Part shown: positions 24,649 through 37,102 of the stretch, in pieces | Layout: every line of letters starts with the position of its first letter | How positions within the stretch are numbered: the stretch's first letter is position 1 | The notes under the pieces: model-generated | Told to the model about the DNA's origin: nothing | The model's database searches: none | The model's input: the letters and a program-made list of their open reading frames with translations, nothing else | Source of the DNA: Puccinia triticina | Taxonomy: Eukaryota | Length of the DNA: 64,000 nt | Assembly: GCA_026914245.1 (NCBI GenBank) | Contig: CP110439.1 | Coordinates: 868,001-932,000, forward strand | Reading direction: 5' to 3' | Program-made: the position numbers and the translations under genes

Positions 24649-25139
24649 AGTGGAAGAATCACAAAGGTTTGCTAAGCCGCAATTCTCAAATCCTTCCGCC
24701 CGACTGGACCTCATAGTCATACCTCAGATTCATGAATCACTGTTGGGGATTGACCTACATCTACTATCACCTGTATTTTTTGCATCTGATCTTAAAACAA
24801 ATAGTTCGTGAATAGTGAAAATGGACATTTTTTAATCTTTCAAAGCTGCGACCACCTTTATATTTCCTCTTTCTGTATATTTCTTACAACTCTCAATTAC
24901 TTGATGAACCAGTGTATCATGTAGCAGAAAACTAGGATTCTTTGTAACACTAGAGAATGATATTGGATCAATCCATCAAAAGATTATGATGTTATCAGCC
25001 ACTAAAATTTGAGAAAAAGCACTTGACTCCCAACAATATTGTTAGGAAATGAGTTTCCAAAAAATAATGTTAGTCCATCAAAAGGTGAGGCATGAAACTT
25101 AGCTCCCCAGTTATACAGCTTGCGCATTTGCATGAAATA

Positions 25140-25499
25140 CAGCAATGTTATAAAAGCTTGTGGTCGGCTAGGCCCAACTTTTGGGCTGCTGATTTCAGCC
25201 TCAAAGCCTGTATGGCTCCTGTATGTCAGGAATGCCATCAGAAGAAAAATCCCAGTTTCTTTGTTTTTAACTTTGGGGCCTCATGGGTTGCACCATTGGA
25301 ATCCTGGAATGATTTTATGCCAATCCAACCTAATCCAACCCTTTGCCGCACATCACCCCCTGCCCCCATGGCTGGCCTGGCACTCTCCTTGAGCTGACCC
25401 AGCCACCCAAACAGGTTTCAAATGCCTGTACAGGCCCGTGGCTGAAATTCAGAAAGCATTTTCAGCCACACAAGCCCGCAAGCTTTTCTAACATGGCTG
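25140..25499. mobile_element. Tc1/mariner-type MITE
   Basis: TIR CAGCAATGTTATAAAAGCTTG...CAAGCTTTTCTAACATGGCTG; TA TSD; related end at ~18650-18678. Confidence 0.7.
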
Positions 25500-26240
25500 T
25501 AGCTCTCAAATTTGATTGAAGTCCACTAGAGTGCGCAAATTATAAGGGATATGGTTGTGTCATGAGGACCAATTTGTTGGACTGGTATAGTTGTTTGAGG
25601 TTTTCTTTTCCAATCATCAAGGCAAGTCCATTCCCAGTTGAATCTACAGATCACTGAAGGGCTTATATTCTAGAAATTCTATGAATGCCCTGAAGGATCA
25701 ATATCTAGTGTGGTATGCCACCCATCCATATATGTATCTATATCTTAGCATATACTCTTCTCTATACTCTTCCATTCCACTCAAGTAAACTGAGGGGCTA
25801 GGGCAGCTTGACAGCAGTCTTCAAGAAGCCCTTTATTCATCTGAAATTTGGAACTAAGAGAACTTTCCTCTTGAAACTGTTTATACTATTGTAAGAGATC
25901 AATGATCTGTTCACTGGAGCAACTCAAGAGGGAGGAGGCAACAATGGATCTTTACTTTAGTTTATGACAACTGGGCCCTTCAAGTTCCAGTAAAGTCAAG
26001 TTGTTTTGATAGCATAATTTCATTTACTGGTTATAGTAAAGGAACTTTTACCAATGGCCTGATATAGTAAAGAGTCCAATTTGACATGTTTTAACTGTAG
26101 TTATCTTAATAAACAGGCATAAAACTGGGTGTAGATGTAATTTAACCCTGTTTATCAAAATCAAAATGGTAAAAAAAAAAGGGTGTGAATGCCTGACTGT
26201 GGTGATGAATAGTCTAGAGATGGTCACTTTGCACCTGGGC

Positions 26241-29200
26241 CAAGGGTGTAAATGCTACGCTACGCTAAAAAAAGCGGTGTTTTAGCGTAGCGTAGCGGTT
26301 CACCGCTACGTGCCCAGACCAGTTAGCTGTAGCGGTCCCCAAAACCGCTACAGCTACTGCTAAAATTAGCGTGGTACCGCTTTTTTCCCCAGGGCCGCAG
26401 CTTTAGCGCAGCGGAAATAGACCGCTTTTGCTACCAAAAAGCGCAGCTGTAGCTCAAAACCACTACATGCAAGCTTCATGACCGCTAAGCGCTGACGTAG
26501 CGGGTAGCACTTGCGTAGCGCTGAATTGCTGCACAATGCTACCTACCCACAGCTACCGCAGCCATCTGCCGCAGATTCTTAACCACAATTGACTCCTTCC
26601 CCCTTGGGTGTAGTAAAGCCTGCTGTAGATGCTGTGTCAGCCTTGGTGCCGCGAATCAATCAACCATTTCCCCCCTCCCCTATTCCACTACTCTGAAGTG
26701 CTCTTTTTACCGCATCATCTATCTGTCACCCGACATCCTGGCCAGCCCCCCCTCAACTCCTCACAATCGTAATCCCAGATCAAAAAATCCGCGCGAATCC
26801 GCCCGTCGGGAGTCCTCACGTATTCGAACACCAAGCACTCAACCAGGCTATGTACCAACTCAACAAGATTCTCGCCGCTCTCTTGTCAGTCCCGCTCCCG
26901 CATCTGATCGCCGCCAGGGATCCAGAAAAGCCTCAAAGAAAAGGAAAGTCACGGTCTCCTCAGATGATGATGCTCCCGATCCACACAATCCAAGCCAAAG
27001 AGATACTACAACCCAAAATCCATTTTCTGGAACCACACAAGTCGCCAGCCGCACCGGCGAAATCGTTGTAATTGACACTGCCCAGGATTCTGAAGAAGAG
27101 AACGGCAAGAAATCAGCAAGATCACAGAAGAAAAAGGATGCGGATAAAGATAAAGACGGTTACGATCATGTTCGGCTATACTTTTATACCCCTGGTAGTG
27201 GTCCGAAACAGGTAAGATCATTTGATTACAATACCAATAGTGTAATCCAAACTAATCCAACCCAAACCCCACAGGAACCCGACGACACCGCCTGGGCATG
27301 CAGATGGTGCCCTAACGAATTCAAGACTTCGGGGGGATCTTTTTATAACTTGAAATCTCATTGAGACGGGGCTAACCTCAAGGGCGCACTCCGAGCAGCA
27401 TGCCGTGGTCGTCGTAAAGCCATTGAATCTGGAAGTAACCTTCCCCCCACAGCTGCTGAGGCTTCCTCCAAGCTTGCACACAATAATCCCTCCGGCAACG
27501 GTACTCTTATCGGCTACACAACAAAAGGTCGATTTGATAACAATACCTTAAACAAACTGATGGTGATTTGGATTGTCCGGCATTCTTTGCCCTGGATACG
27601 AATGGAAGACTTTCTGCTCCGTGTGGCATTTGACTATCTGGTATGCAACTCTGAACTTTGCTCTTGGGTTTGGGCCACCACCCATGCGCATCAGCTATGC
27701 CTCGAACAACGTATACAGGTTTTGAACACCATCAAGGTATGCCTTCTCTATTTCAATTTATCCATCATGTCTAAACAGAAGTCTACTGCAATATTGATTC
27801 CAAAATGGCTTTTAGAACTCTGACTCACAGATATGCCTTGCATCCGATGTATGGACTACAAAGGGAAGCCACAAGGCTTTCCTTGGGATCACATGCTTCT
27901 ACATTACTCAGGACTGGAAGTATGTCTGTCAACATCTCGCAATCAAGTACGTCTCCTGGCATCACAATGGCAAATACCTTGCTTCTCCCCTTGCAAACGT
28001 TTTAGTCAAGCACGGACTTCACAGCAAGATAAGTTGAAATATTTATTCATTTCTATCTGCAGTAGTATTACGACCACTAATATTATGTTTCACAATGTTT
28101 GCATACTTGCCCAGACCACAGACTCCGGAAGTAACAATTTCACGATGGCCAAGGGTGTAGCCTCAATCTTTCGTTTGGCTGATTTGACTTACTGGGACGT
28201 TGAGAACAACCATCACCGTTGTATCTGTCACGTCATCGCACTAATATTGGGTGCTGGTTTGAAAGCCTTAAATCTTTCGAAGGCCATGGTTTGACAAGAG
28301 AAGGACGATCATGTGTTTCCAACCCTGGAAACAATAATTGAGGAAGTGGAGGATTTGGTCGAAGAAGATATTGTTGAGGTCAGCATTGAAGTATCGGACA
28401 ACAAGGACGACCAGGTTGATCCTGATGACGCTGAACCCAAACACCAAGACTTGGTCCATCAAGAAGAGCTTGACACCGATCATGAAGAAGTCGATGATGC
28501 TGAGTTGACAGGCATAGGTTTCACCTTAAAAAAGGTGTGTTTATTTACTTCTCACTCCATATCCAGTCCCAAAAACTTATTGATCACACATGAGCTTCAG
28601 GTTGATTACATATGCCGGCGCATTGCATTGTCGTCACAAAAGCAAGCCGAGTGGAAGCTTTGGGCGGAAAAGCTGGGCTACAAAGGTCCCGGACTTATTG
28701 GGGGCTACGGGATCCGGTGGAATATTGCGTATGACAGCCGACAACGAGCGTACCTGGGTTGGAAAGTAATCAAGCAGCTTCTTGACAACGAGTCTGACAA
28801 GTACACTGGACAATCTGAGAATGCAGGCAAGCATTTTTTCAAGTCTTATGAGTTGAGCGCAAATGAGTGGGAAGATATCCATGATTTGAATACCATCTTG
28901 AAGGTAAGAGTCAGTTTCTTCAATTGTTTTTTTTTGGCTCCAATGAGAAGGCTAACAAATGCTTTCAGGATTTCTTGGAAATGACCAAGCAAATGGAGGG
29001 TGATGGACCTAAGCTTTCAATGGTGTTATACAAATACGCGTGTGTCCTTGATACCCTTGAGAAAAGAAGTTAGCCGTGATTACAACTCGGTTGAAGCCAA
29101 TGTTTGATCCAATGATCAAAATCACCAAGAAGTACGCAGATCTAGCCCTCAAGTGTGACACTGTGGTCGTTGCCACTTTCCTTCATCCGTCTTGGCGGAT

Positions 29201-30276
29201 GATGCTGTTCCAAAGCCGATTTGGATCCCATGTCAGACGGATCACTGCCTTGATCCAAGCAAAGTTTAAAGATCGGGAATCACTCCTCAAGTCGCTCCGC
29301 CCAGAATCACCTCAACCAAAGGCAACCCAATCAGAACCTAACGGCAACGTATCTGAGTCCGACTCTGACAGCGGAGCATTCAACTTCTACCCACAAAATC
29401 CTGAGGCCGTCAACATCAACACCAAAATTGAACGGTACACCAATGGTGATTTCCCCCTCGACAAGAAAGGATGTATCTTGTCTTGGTGGAAGGTCAGTTA
29501 AATCTCAGTCTCTCTTCTCTCTTTACTGCAATTTTTTGACTTTCAATGTTACTTTTGCATATAAAGCTCCATTCAAAAGATTTCCCAGTCTTGGGATCAA
29601 CGGCCAGAGATTACCTGGCCTGTCCAGCCAGCTCAGCCAGTGTGGAGCGGACGTTCTTGGCGGCCGCAAACGTTTGCGGATCAGGTAGATCTGGGCTCGG
29701 AATACAAACAATTGAGCGTTGTATCAGCAGCCACATGTGGCTACGAAATCGGGTTAAATTAGGAGGAGTCTTCTCCGATTGTCAAGTGATTATTGATTCT
29801 GCACAGAAAAAAGCTAAATTTGCCCGCTTTAAAGAACTATGTGAACAACGACGTGCTCTGAAGAAGATTACTAAATTATGTTCCCAATACCCTAATCAAT
29901 CCTGTCAGTTTCATTATCATATACTCCCCCAATCATCTCTTTCTATTCATCTTCTTCATATAATTCTCTCGGAGTGGTAGTTTTGGTAGCTTTTTTCCCT
30001 GGGTTTTTTTCTCCCTGTGTATGTAGAAAAGCGGTTTCCAAACCGCTGCGCTACACTATTTTTAGTGATTTGGCGCTACGCTACCACTAAAAGTAGAGTT
30101 TTAGAGCTATGCGGGCGCTGAAATTAGCGCGCTAAATACAATTTTTTTTACCAGGGATTTCAAAAAGCTGTAGCTGTCTTTTCTGACCGCTACTATCTAG
30201 CGCAGCGTAGCAAGCCAAAAAACAGCTGCGCTAACCGCTACGCTGCGCTTTTTGTAGTGTAGCTGTTACACCCTTG
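26241..30276 (+). mobile_element. hAT-superfamily DNA transposon, decayed
   Basis: TIR CAAGGGTGTAA...TTACACCCTTG; 7-bp TSD CCTGGGC; TAGCG-rich subtermini. Confidence 0.9.
26850..29880 (+). pseudogene. Intron-containing hAT transposase with premature stops
   Basis: TTDSGSNN (catalytic D), RCICHVIAL (CxxH), GIRWN, and C-terminal dimerisation motif FPVL..ARDYLACPASSASVERTF; boundaries approximate. Confidence 0.85.
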
Positions 30277-30381
30277 CCTGGGCACCCGCAGACCTTTTTA
30301 GCCATTTCCTGGCATCCACATCCAACAGCAGGTACCCTCTGGCCTGGGTGGATACCCGCCCGGGTATCTTTGGATACCTGC

Positions 30382-31020
30382 TGTAAGACTCAAAAGTGGT
30401 AATGAAACCCTTTTGATGAATTTTGAAGGGTATGATGGATTTGCAAGCTCTGCCCTTCTGTTATCAGTCAACAAGACCCAGCAAGGTCTGCTTGGCAAGT
30501 TTTATTAAGTGATAGGTCTGGTCTGTTCCAGATGAAATCTTGTTTGACTGGAAATGTGTAATTGTTTTAATTACTTTGTTATAAGGGTTGAATTTTGGTT
30601 ATAAGGGTTTTAGGATTTGAGTGTGGATGAGTGTTGGGTGAATTGTAAGTTCTGGGTGAGGAACTGGGGAGCAGACCACTGGGGTGGAGAGAGCTCCTTT
30701 TATAGACAAAAATGGAGTCTCAGAGGGGGCTTGTGGGTTAGGGTTTCAGCTAATCTAGACAACAGAGGGAGGGATTTTAGCTGGTGGGAGTGGATACAAG
30801 TGATGTCATGACCCCTCAGGGGCGCATGAATGGTGTCAGAAATTACAACAAAACATTCTAAACATGCCAGGGGTGCATACATGATGTCAGAATATACAAC
30901 AGAACATTCTAACACATGCTTAAGGTGACAGTAGACTACATGAGCTGTCATAAAGGGGTAATTTGTGTATACAAAAAGTCTGAGGCTGCAGAAACAGTGT
31001 AAATGATGTCATATTAATGG
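30382..31020 (-). mobile_element. Partial solo LTR (family ending GAGTCTTACA)
   Basis: Begins TGTAAGACTCAAAA on +, the reverse complement of the LTR ends at 46424 and 50341; other boundary uncertain. Confidence 0.55.
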
Positions 31021-31089
31021 TTTAACATTAAGCGGACCAATGCCCCCGGGTACCTGCCCCTCAAAATAATTGATTACTCCCAGTCGTGG

Positions 31090-31426
31090 TCTGTGACCCC
31101 TTTGAATGGAAGGGATCCTTCCAGTCACGAGGTTCTGTAACCCCTTTGACTGGAAGGAATCCTTCCGTTCAAGAGGTTCTGTAACCCCTTTGACTGGAAG
31201 GAATCCTTCCGGTCAAGAGGTTCTGTAACCCCTTTTACTGGAAGGAATCCTTCCGGTCAAGAGGTTCTGTAACCCCTTTGACTGGAAGGAATCCTTCCGG
31301 TCAATAGGTTCTGTAACCCCTTTGACTGGAAGGAATCCTTCCGGTCAAAGAGCTTCTGTAACCCCTTTGACTGGAAGGAATCCTTCCGGTCAAAAAGCTT
31401 CTGTAACCCCTTTGACTGGAAGGAAA
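31090..31426. repeat. 44-bp palindromic tandem array; continues at 45699-45835 beyond the Copia
   Basis: Unit GAGGTTCTGTAACCCCTTTGACTGGAAGGAATCCTTCCGGTCAA. Confidence 0.9.
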
Positions 31427-31603
31427 CCTTTTGTTGTGGTGTGGGGTGTGCAAACTCCACATTTGGAGTGTGGAGGTATCAAGAGTTGGGTGAGGAGGAG
31501 AAATGAAGACAAAGCATTGATAGCGTCAACAGATTAAGAGTTGAATGATCTACCAACGGACTAGTCTCTACCGATTGACATCAAACAACAGGTGACCCGT
31601 TTT

Positions 31604-33716
31604 ATGGTAAAAACTCGTCGAGATCAACCGGAACTATCGGGACCTCTACCTCCACCTACAAGAGCGAAACGTCTGAAACAGACAAAGGCATACAAGGCGC
31701 TTTTGAAACTACCTCCATTACCTCCGTCTCCAATTGAAGAAAAGGCAGATCCTTTAGAACTCGAACGTCCTCTGTCTCCGTTTATATTGGCTATATCGTA
31801 CGTCTTCTCCAAAACAGTAACTCGGCATATCGACGAAGGGCAATCGAATTCAACTTTGGCTCCGACTCCAATAAACTATTGCATTGTACCAAATCCTTTT
31901 TGATTACCAATAAAGGCTCTCATTCCTATACCTGAGTATTGACCAAAGTTAAGCGCACCCCGAAATACGTCACCGTCTTATTCACCCTCGGATACGTCTT
32001 CAACGGAAAATCTTTTGAAAGTCTCTGAATTCTTGGTAGATCCAGTATCCCCAATTGCTTCCATGTCACAAACGGCTTCCGAGGTGACGCCAAGAACAAA
32101 GTTTTTACAACAACCAGGCATATACAAGCAGGATGTTGAACCCCTGGCGGCTGATGGCTCCAATTTCACAAAGTGGAAGAGAAGTCTCAACCAAGTATTG
32201 TTACTTACGCTCAGCATACCAAATCTTTTTGATGATCCGGCCAACTACGCTAAAGTCAAGGGTCAGGAGAATACCAGCATCCTCTATCTCATCCAAATCA
32301 CAATCCACAATGAGCTTCAGTCAATCACTGATAGATTCACAACCAGCACTGAAGCGTTTGATGCTCTGCAAACAAATTTTCAAGGTACTGTCCGGTTCCG
32401 TCAAATGGAGCTCATTGACAAGTTGCTTGAGTTCCGTATCACGGGTCCCACGACCAATCCATCCCAGGTCCAAGGATTCTTCAATAAACTATTTGACACG
32501 TTCGCGGATCTCAAGAAGGTGGGGGCGACTATCCCGGAACACGTTCAAAGCCTTATCCTCCAAGCGGTTTCCCCGGTGCCCCCGTCAAGGTCTCGTTCAC
32601 AAATGTTTCAGAACATCTCCCTTCAAATCGGTGCCAAGAAAGAAGTTACTGCACGCAAAGTTCAGACGATCATCACCTCGGCCTACGGTGAAAGTCTCCG
32701 TTTTGACTCTACGCAACAGTCTACCGTCTCGGTCTTTTGATCCTATCCTGGTCAACAACGACCTCTCAACCAGTCCTGGACAAACACAGGACAACAGACT
32801 CAACAGCAGGCGGGAAGCCGTGCACACAACCAACAAGGACCTACCTCAAATCAACCAGCACCCCAACAGCGCAATGTGGGGACACCTGGCAATCGCACAG
32901 TCGACGATGTTGCGGCAGCCATCAACAACATTTGCAAGGGTAATCAAGGTCCCACCAACTCTTCAGTTTTCGTCGGGAAACCATGTTCATATTGCGGTGT
33001 GCAGGGGCACTGGCGTTCCTCCTGTCCAGTTCTACGCAATGATGCCAAGTTGCCGCCCCCCAACACCCTCCTATCTGGTTGCCCCGTCTCCGGTTACGCC
33101 CGTCAAGCTGCACCACCAAACAACCCACCCACCGTCCCGAATCAGAATGCGTCAGTTCGTTCGGCGGTGGGCACGGATGCGAATGGTGCGACTGACACCG
33201 GCACGGTTTTGGATTCTGGGGCGACCCACCACGTGAGCGGATCTTTCCCTATGTTTTCTTCTCTCCATCCAATCAAGCCTCCCATGAGACTGAATCTGGC
33301 GTCCTCCACCGGTTATATGCTGGCGACACACAGTGGATCCCTCAAGATGGTCAATGGGGATGGCACCCTCACGATTCCGAAGGTTCTGTACAGCCCGGAA
33401 ATGACCGGCACTCTTCTTGGCCTTGGCCAGCTAGCCGAGTCCGGTTTTCAACCGTTCTTTCTTCCCAATCACGACATCCTTTTAATTTCCGACTTCGCTT
33501 CCATCACTGCAACCTTCCGCCAGCGTTCCTGGATAATCACCCCAGACTCTTTCCATTTTTTCCCTTCAACAATCCGCGCAGTGGCCACCAGGTCGTCCAA
33601 CAAACTCATTTCACCGGCTTACAAATGGCACTGTCAACTAGGCCATGTCTCAGACTCTATTATAAAGGAGTTTCTCAAATGTTTTGTTCTGTCCTTTGAC
33701 TTAAAATCCTGGACGC
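31604..33716 (+). pseudogene. Copia gag, protease and start of integrase
   Basis: One frame broken by TGA stops; Zn knuckle CSYCGVQGHWRSSC; protease VLDSGATHHVSG; WHCQLGH. Confidence 0.9.
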
Positions 33717-34639
33717 TGTGGTGGACAATCTGGTACACGCGTAGGATCAAGCTTTTTTCCGCGCATGGCGCGCGCCAGAGGACGTCAGGATTCAAGACAT
33801 CAAGACTTCAATTTTCCGGCCCTCAAGGCTTCCTCAAGATTCAATGGCGCGGCGTGGCGCGCATCCTCAAGATGTTTCAGGTTTTCTTTTCCTTCTTTCT
33901 TTTTGTTTCTGTTTTTATGTCTTTGTTCCCTTTCTATTTCACTTTCATCATGTTTTGTTATTTTCCCCTTTCATTCTGCGCGCGTTGGTAGGGCATGAAG
34001 GTGTGGGGTTGGTTTTGTTTTTTTTCTTCCTTGGCGAGCGGTTTGTTTCCTTTTTTCCTTTTTTTTTTAGTTGTGCTGTCTTTGTCGGGTGTGGGTGCGC
34101 GCGGAGCATGATGGATGGTCCGCAGCTTGCTGCGCCTCTCTGGAGTCTAAGTTCTGTTAGAACTTAGGCGAAGGAGGGGGGGGGCATGACCTTTCTGATC
34201 CAAGTGAGGGAATCAAAATTTTTCTGATCAATAGCTTGTCGTATTCTTGACCGATCCTTATCCCTGATTCTTTCAAAGATTGTGGCTGCGACAATATCTT
34301 CGGAGTCTCCCAGTTCAATCCTTCCGATCAACTCAGTTCAAACCTTCCTGATCCTTCGGCGCTCTTTCCCAAAATTGAGTTCTCCGATCTCCTCACAGAT
34401 TCCTCCCCACCTCCTTGAACTCTCTAAGATCACTTCCTTCTCAGCCAACTGTTTGCTTGGCTCCATCTTACAACACAACCGCCGACGCGCTCTCACCGCC
34501 GTCGTAAAACATTTCAACAACCGCTTTCCGATCTCTACAGCTCATTCGACCATCCCACTTCGGAGGGCTAAAATCTCAACTAATTTCCCAATCCCTCCCA
34601 CTAACTGCCGCCGGCCTGCACCGGACGGAGTTCCACATT

Positions 34640-34690
34640 TGGTCCCCCGAGCCGGGATCGAACCAGCGACCTCAAGATTTACAGTCTCGC
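34640..34690 (+). other. Extended primer-binding site complementary to nt ~26-76 of mature tRNA-Tyr(GUA)
   Basis: Reverse complement GCGAGACTGTAAATCTTGAGGTCGCTGGTTCGATCCCGGCTCGGGGGACCA folds as anticodon arm (GTA), variable loop, T arm, acceptor strand and CCA. Confidence 0.9.
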
Positions 34691-34924
34691 CGATTTTTCA
34701 CGGTTTTGAGACGCTTGGCGGTCTTCTTTTTTTTAGGTTTTTCTTTTTTTTTTTCTTAGGGTTCAACGGCGGAGGCACAGGGTACAGAAGTAAGTCCTCC
34801 CAATTGTGCACCTCCTAGGGTTTCTCTACACTCGTGTCGAAGCATTACATTGCCACAATCGTGAGCCCTTTGGAATCGCCTTCTCTCTCGATTTCAGGCC
34901 GAATTTTTTTTCCAGCCATTTGCG

Positions 34925-37066
34925 ATGGCCGACGAGGTAGCTGGCGTGAGACGCGTGAAAATCAAGCCTCAGGACAAGGCGTTGGGCTTTGATGGCACAC
35001 ACATCGAGCGTTTCTTGGCGGACTATCAATTGGCCGCAGATTTGGATGGCGCGTCTGAATTCGACATGGCGCAGCAAGTGAGGTTCTTCGTGCGCAAGGC
35101 CGAAGTCAAAGATGTGTTGGAGACCCTTGAGGGGTACGATCCGCCGGTTTGGGCCTCTTTAAAGTCGTCTATGCTTGCGTACTGGGGTCAAGTCGACACG
35201 GCGCGCTTTACACTGCCGGACTTGGAGGCGTTGGTTCAGTCATGGATCGCGAAGGGAGGTGTTTCCACGGTGGTGGATTATCAGGATTTTCGGCGTGTCT
35301 GGGAGCCGATCCAATCTTATCTCCTCCGTAAAGCTCATATCGACTCGGTGGAGGAAGTGAGGACTCTTTACTACCGTTCATTATCGGCTGGCGTTCAGGA
35401 ACGTGTTAGGGACCATCTCATCAAGGCCAAAACCATGATCACCACTCTGGACAATCGGTTTAAGCTCCCCACTTTCGAGATCCTGAAGACCGCGGTCGCG
35501 GAGGTCATGAAGGGTCAAACTGCTTTGACTTTTGAGGATGCGCGATCAACATCTCCAGTTCCCGCAACTTCTTTCCAGCAATCGAACGACATCATGCGTA
35601 GGATGGAGGACAATCGACGTCCTAAGGAGGTGCCTGCTTCCTCTGCGAAGGAGCCTGCTACGGTGGACGAGATTTCGAAAATGTTGCAGTCATTCGAGCA
35701 ACGGCTAGAGAAGAAGTTCGTGGCGAAGGGTGCTTCGCCCACCCCGGGTGCGCCGCGAGAGTCTCGTGGCCCTTTAGTTTGTTACTACTGCCATCGGGAG
35801 GGTCACGGTACAGGTCGTTGTATGGAGCTCGTGAAGGATAAGGAGGCGAACCTTGTCGAGCAACGCGGCAATAATTTTTTCCTGCCCAATGGGGCATTAA
35901 TCCCTTTTGATTCCTCGCGACCCATTAGACACGTGGTAGCATCTTTTGTACCCAAGTCAGCAGCAGCCGCGGGAACACCGGAGTTTCGAGCCACGTGTGG
36001 TTCCTTGGAGCCATGGTACCCCCCGGCCGTTTCTTCGCAAACCTATTCTGGAGTTTACCAAGCGGATCCGGCGCGGAAGAAGCACGAGGCTCCGAAGCCT
36101 TACAAGGCGCCGGCAGTTCCCCCTTCCGCTGCACGAAGACCTATTCGTAAGGGCGCGGCTCCTCATCCTGGATCGGACGTCGAGGACATGGAGCCGGAGC
36201 CTGAGTTGTTTGAGCGCGTTCCTGCTTCAACGCCGGAAGATGCACCGGTAGAGGCGCCTGAAGAAGTTGGGCAATCTCCGAAGCCGGCTGCAGCAGGGCC
36301 AAAGGTTCGGTTCGAGCGTGGAATCACCAAGGATCACCCTCACGCGGTCGAGGGCATGTTGAAGAAAATTTCCGATCTTCCGGTGCCCGGCGTGACGGTT
36401 TCGGAACTTTTGGCGATTTCTCCCGCAATGGCAGAAGGCATCAAGAAGTGGGTGTCGCGTAGGCGCGTGGAGATTGGTGCTGAGGATTTGAAGGTCGCGA
36501 CTGGCACGTTGTTGGCGGAGGGACCTGACCCGGAGGGGCCGGGAGGGGGATCGCACTTGTACTCGTGCCCCCTAGGATTTCTTCCCTGTCTAATCGGTGA
36601 TGAGGAGAGTTCTGCTTCCCCTTTAGTAGACTCAGGATCTCAGTTGAATTTGATCTCGGAGGCGATGGCTAATAAGTTCAGTATTAGCCCGCGCGTTAAT
36701 TTTAGCTCTGCGGTTTACGGCATTGGTAATCAGTCCTGTGAATTGGTTGGAGTCGCCGAGGACGTCCAGATCAGAATAGGACGTACGATCGTGGGCTCCT
36801 GCCATTTCTGGATCACGCGAGCGGAAGGACCATTGATCCTGGGACGCCCCTTCCTCATTGACTTTGAGGCTACACTCGCCTTTTCGGGGCGAGGTGGCGA
36901 GAAGATCCTTTTGCCGGATTCGGAGGGACGTCAGATCGAGATTTCTCTTTGTGCGACGGATGCTGGACGGTGGGAGCGGGATTTCCCCGGGAAGGGGCGA
37001 AAAGCGGTTCTGACCAAGATGGGGAAGACTCGCGACGACTCGAATGAGGGTCGTCATTTTTTATGA
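34925..37066 (+). CDS. Gypsy Gag-protease (713 aa)
   Basis: Intact ORF; CCHC knuckle CYYCHREGHGTGRC; aspartic protease LVDSGSQLNLI...LILGRPFL. Confidence 0.92.
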   Translation: MADEVAGVRRVKIKPQDKALGFDGTHIERFLADYQLAADLDGASEFDMAQQVRFFVRKAEVKDVLETLEGYDPPVWASLKSSMLAYWGQVDTARFTLPDLEALVQSWIAKGGVSTVVDYQDFRRVWEPIQSYLLRKAHIDSVEEVRTLYYRSLSAGVQERVRDHLIKAKTMITTLDNRFKLPTFEILKTAVAEVMKGQTALTFEDARSTSPVPATSFQQSNDIMRRMEDNRRPKEVPASSAKEPATVDEISKMLQSFEQRLEKKFVAKGASPTPGAPRESRGPLVCYYCHREGHGTGRCMELVKDKEANLVEQRGNNFFLPNGALIPFDSSRPIRHVVASFVPKSAAAAGTPEFRATCGSLEPWYPPAVSSQTYSGVYQADPARKKHEAPKPYKAPAVPPSAARRPIRKGAAPHPGSDVEDMEPEPELFERVPASTPEDAPVEAPEEVGQSPKPAAAGPKVRFERGITKDHPHAVEGMLKKISDLPVPGVTVSELLAISPAMAEGIKKWVSRRRVEIGAEDLKVATGTLLAEGPDPEGPGGGSHLYSCPLGFLPCLIGDEESSASPLVDSGSQLNLISEAMANKFSISPRVNFSSAVYGIGNQSCELVGVAEDVQIRIGRTIVGSCHFWITRAEGPLILGRPFLIDFEATLAFSGRGGEKILLPDSEGRQIEISLCATDAGRWERDFPGKGRKAVLTKMGKTRDDSNEGRHFL

Positions 37067-37102
37067 GCAAAGTTGATCTGGGAAGTGGCCGTTTTAATCT
37101 AG

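Noticed and set aside
32133..33236. 367-aa alternative-frame ORF over Copia gag, and antisense ORFs over Gypsy pol (e.g. 39339-40139)
   Set aside because: Shadow ORFs of GC-rich coding DNA with no recognisable motifs
34640..34690. Functional tRNA-Tyr gene on the minus strand
   Set aside because: Lacks the 5' acceptor strand and D arm, includes CCA and sits exactly at the PBS position
34781..34800. Hairpin-ribozyme-like AGAA...AGUC in motif copy 1
   Set aside because: Spacing is too short for helix 2, no loop B, and it is not conserved in the other three copies
34282..34818. LTR-encoded ORFs duplicated at 41625-42182
   Set aside because: Duplicated only because they lie in the LTRs; low complexity and no domain
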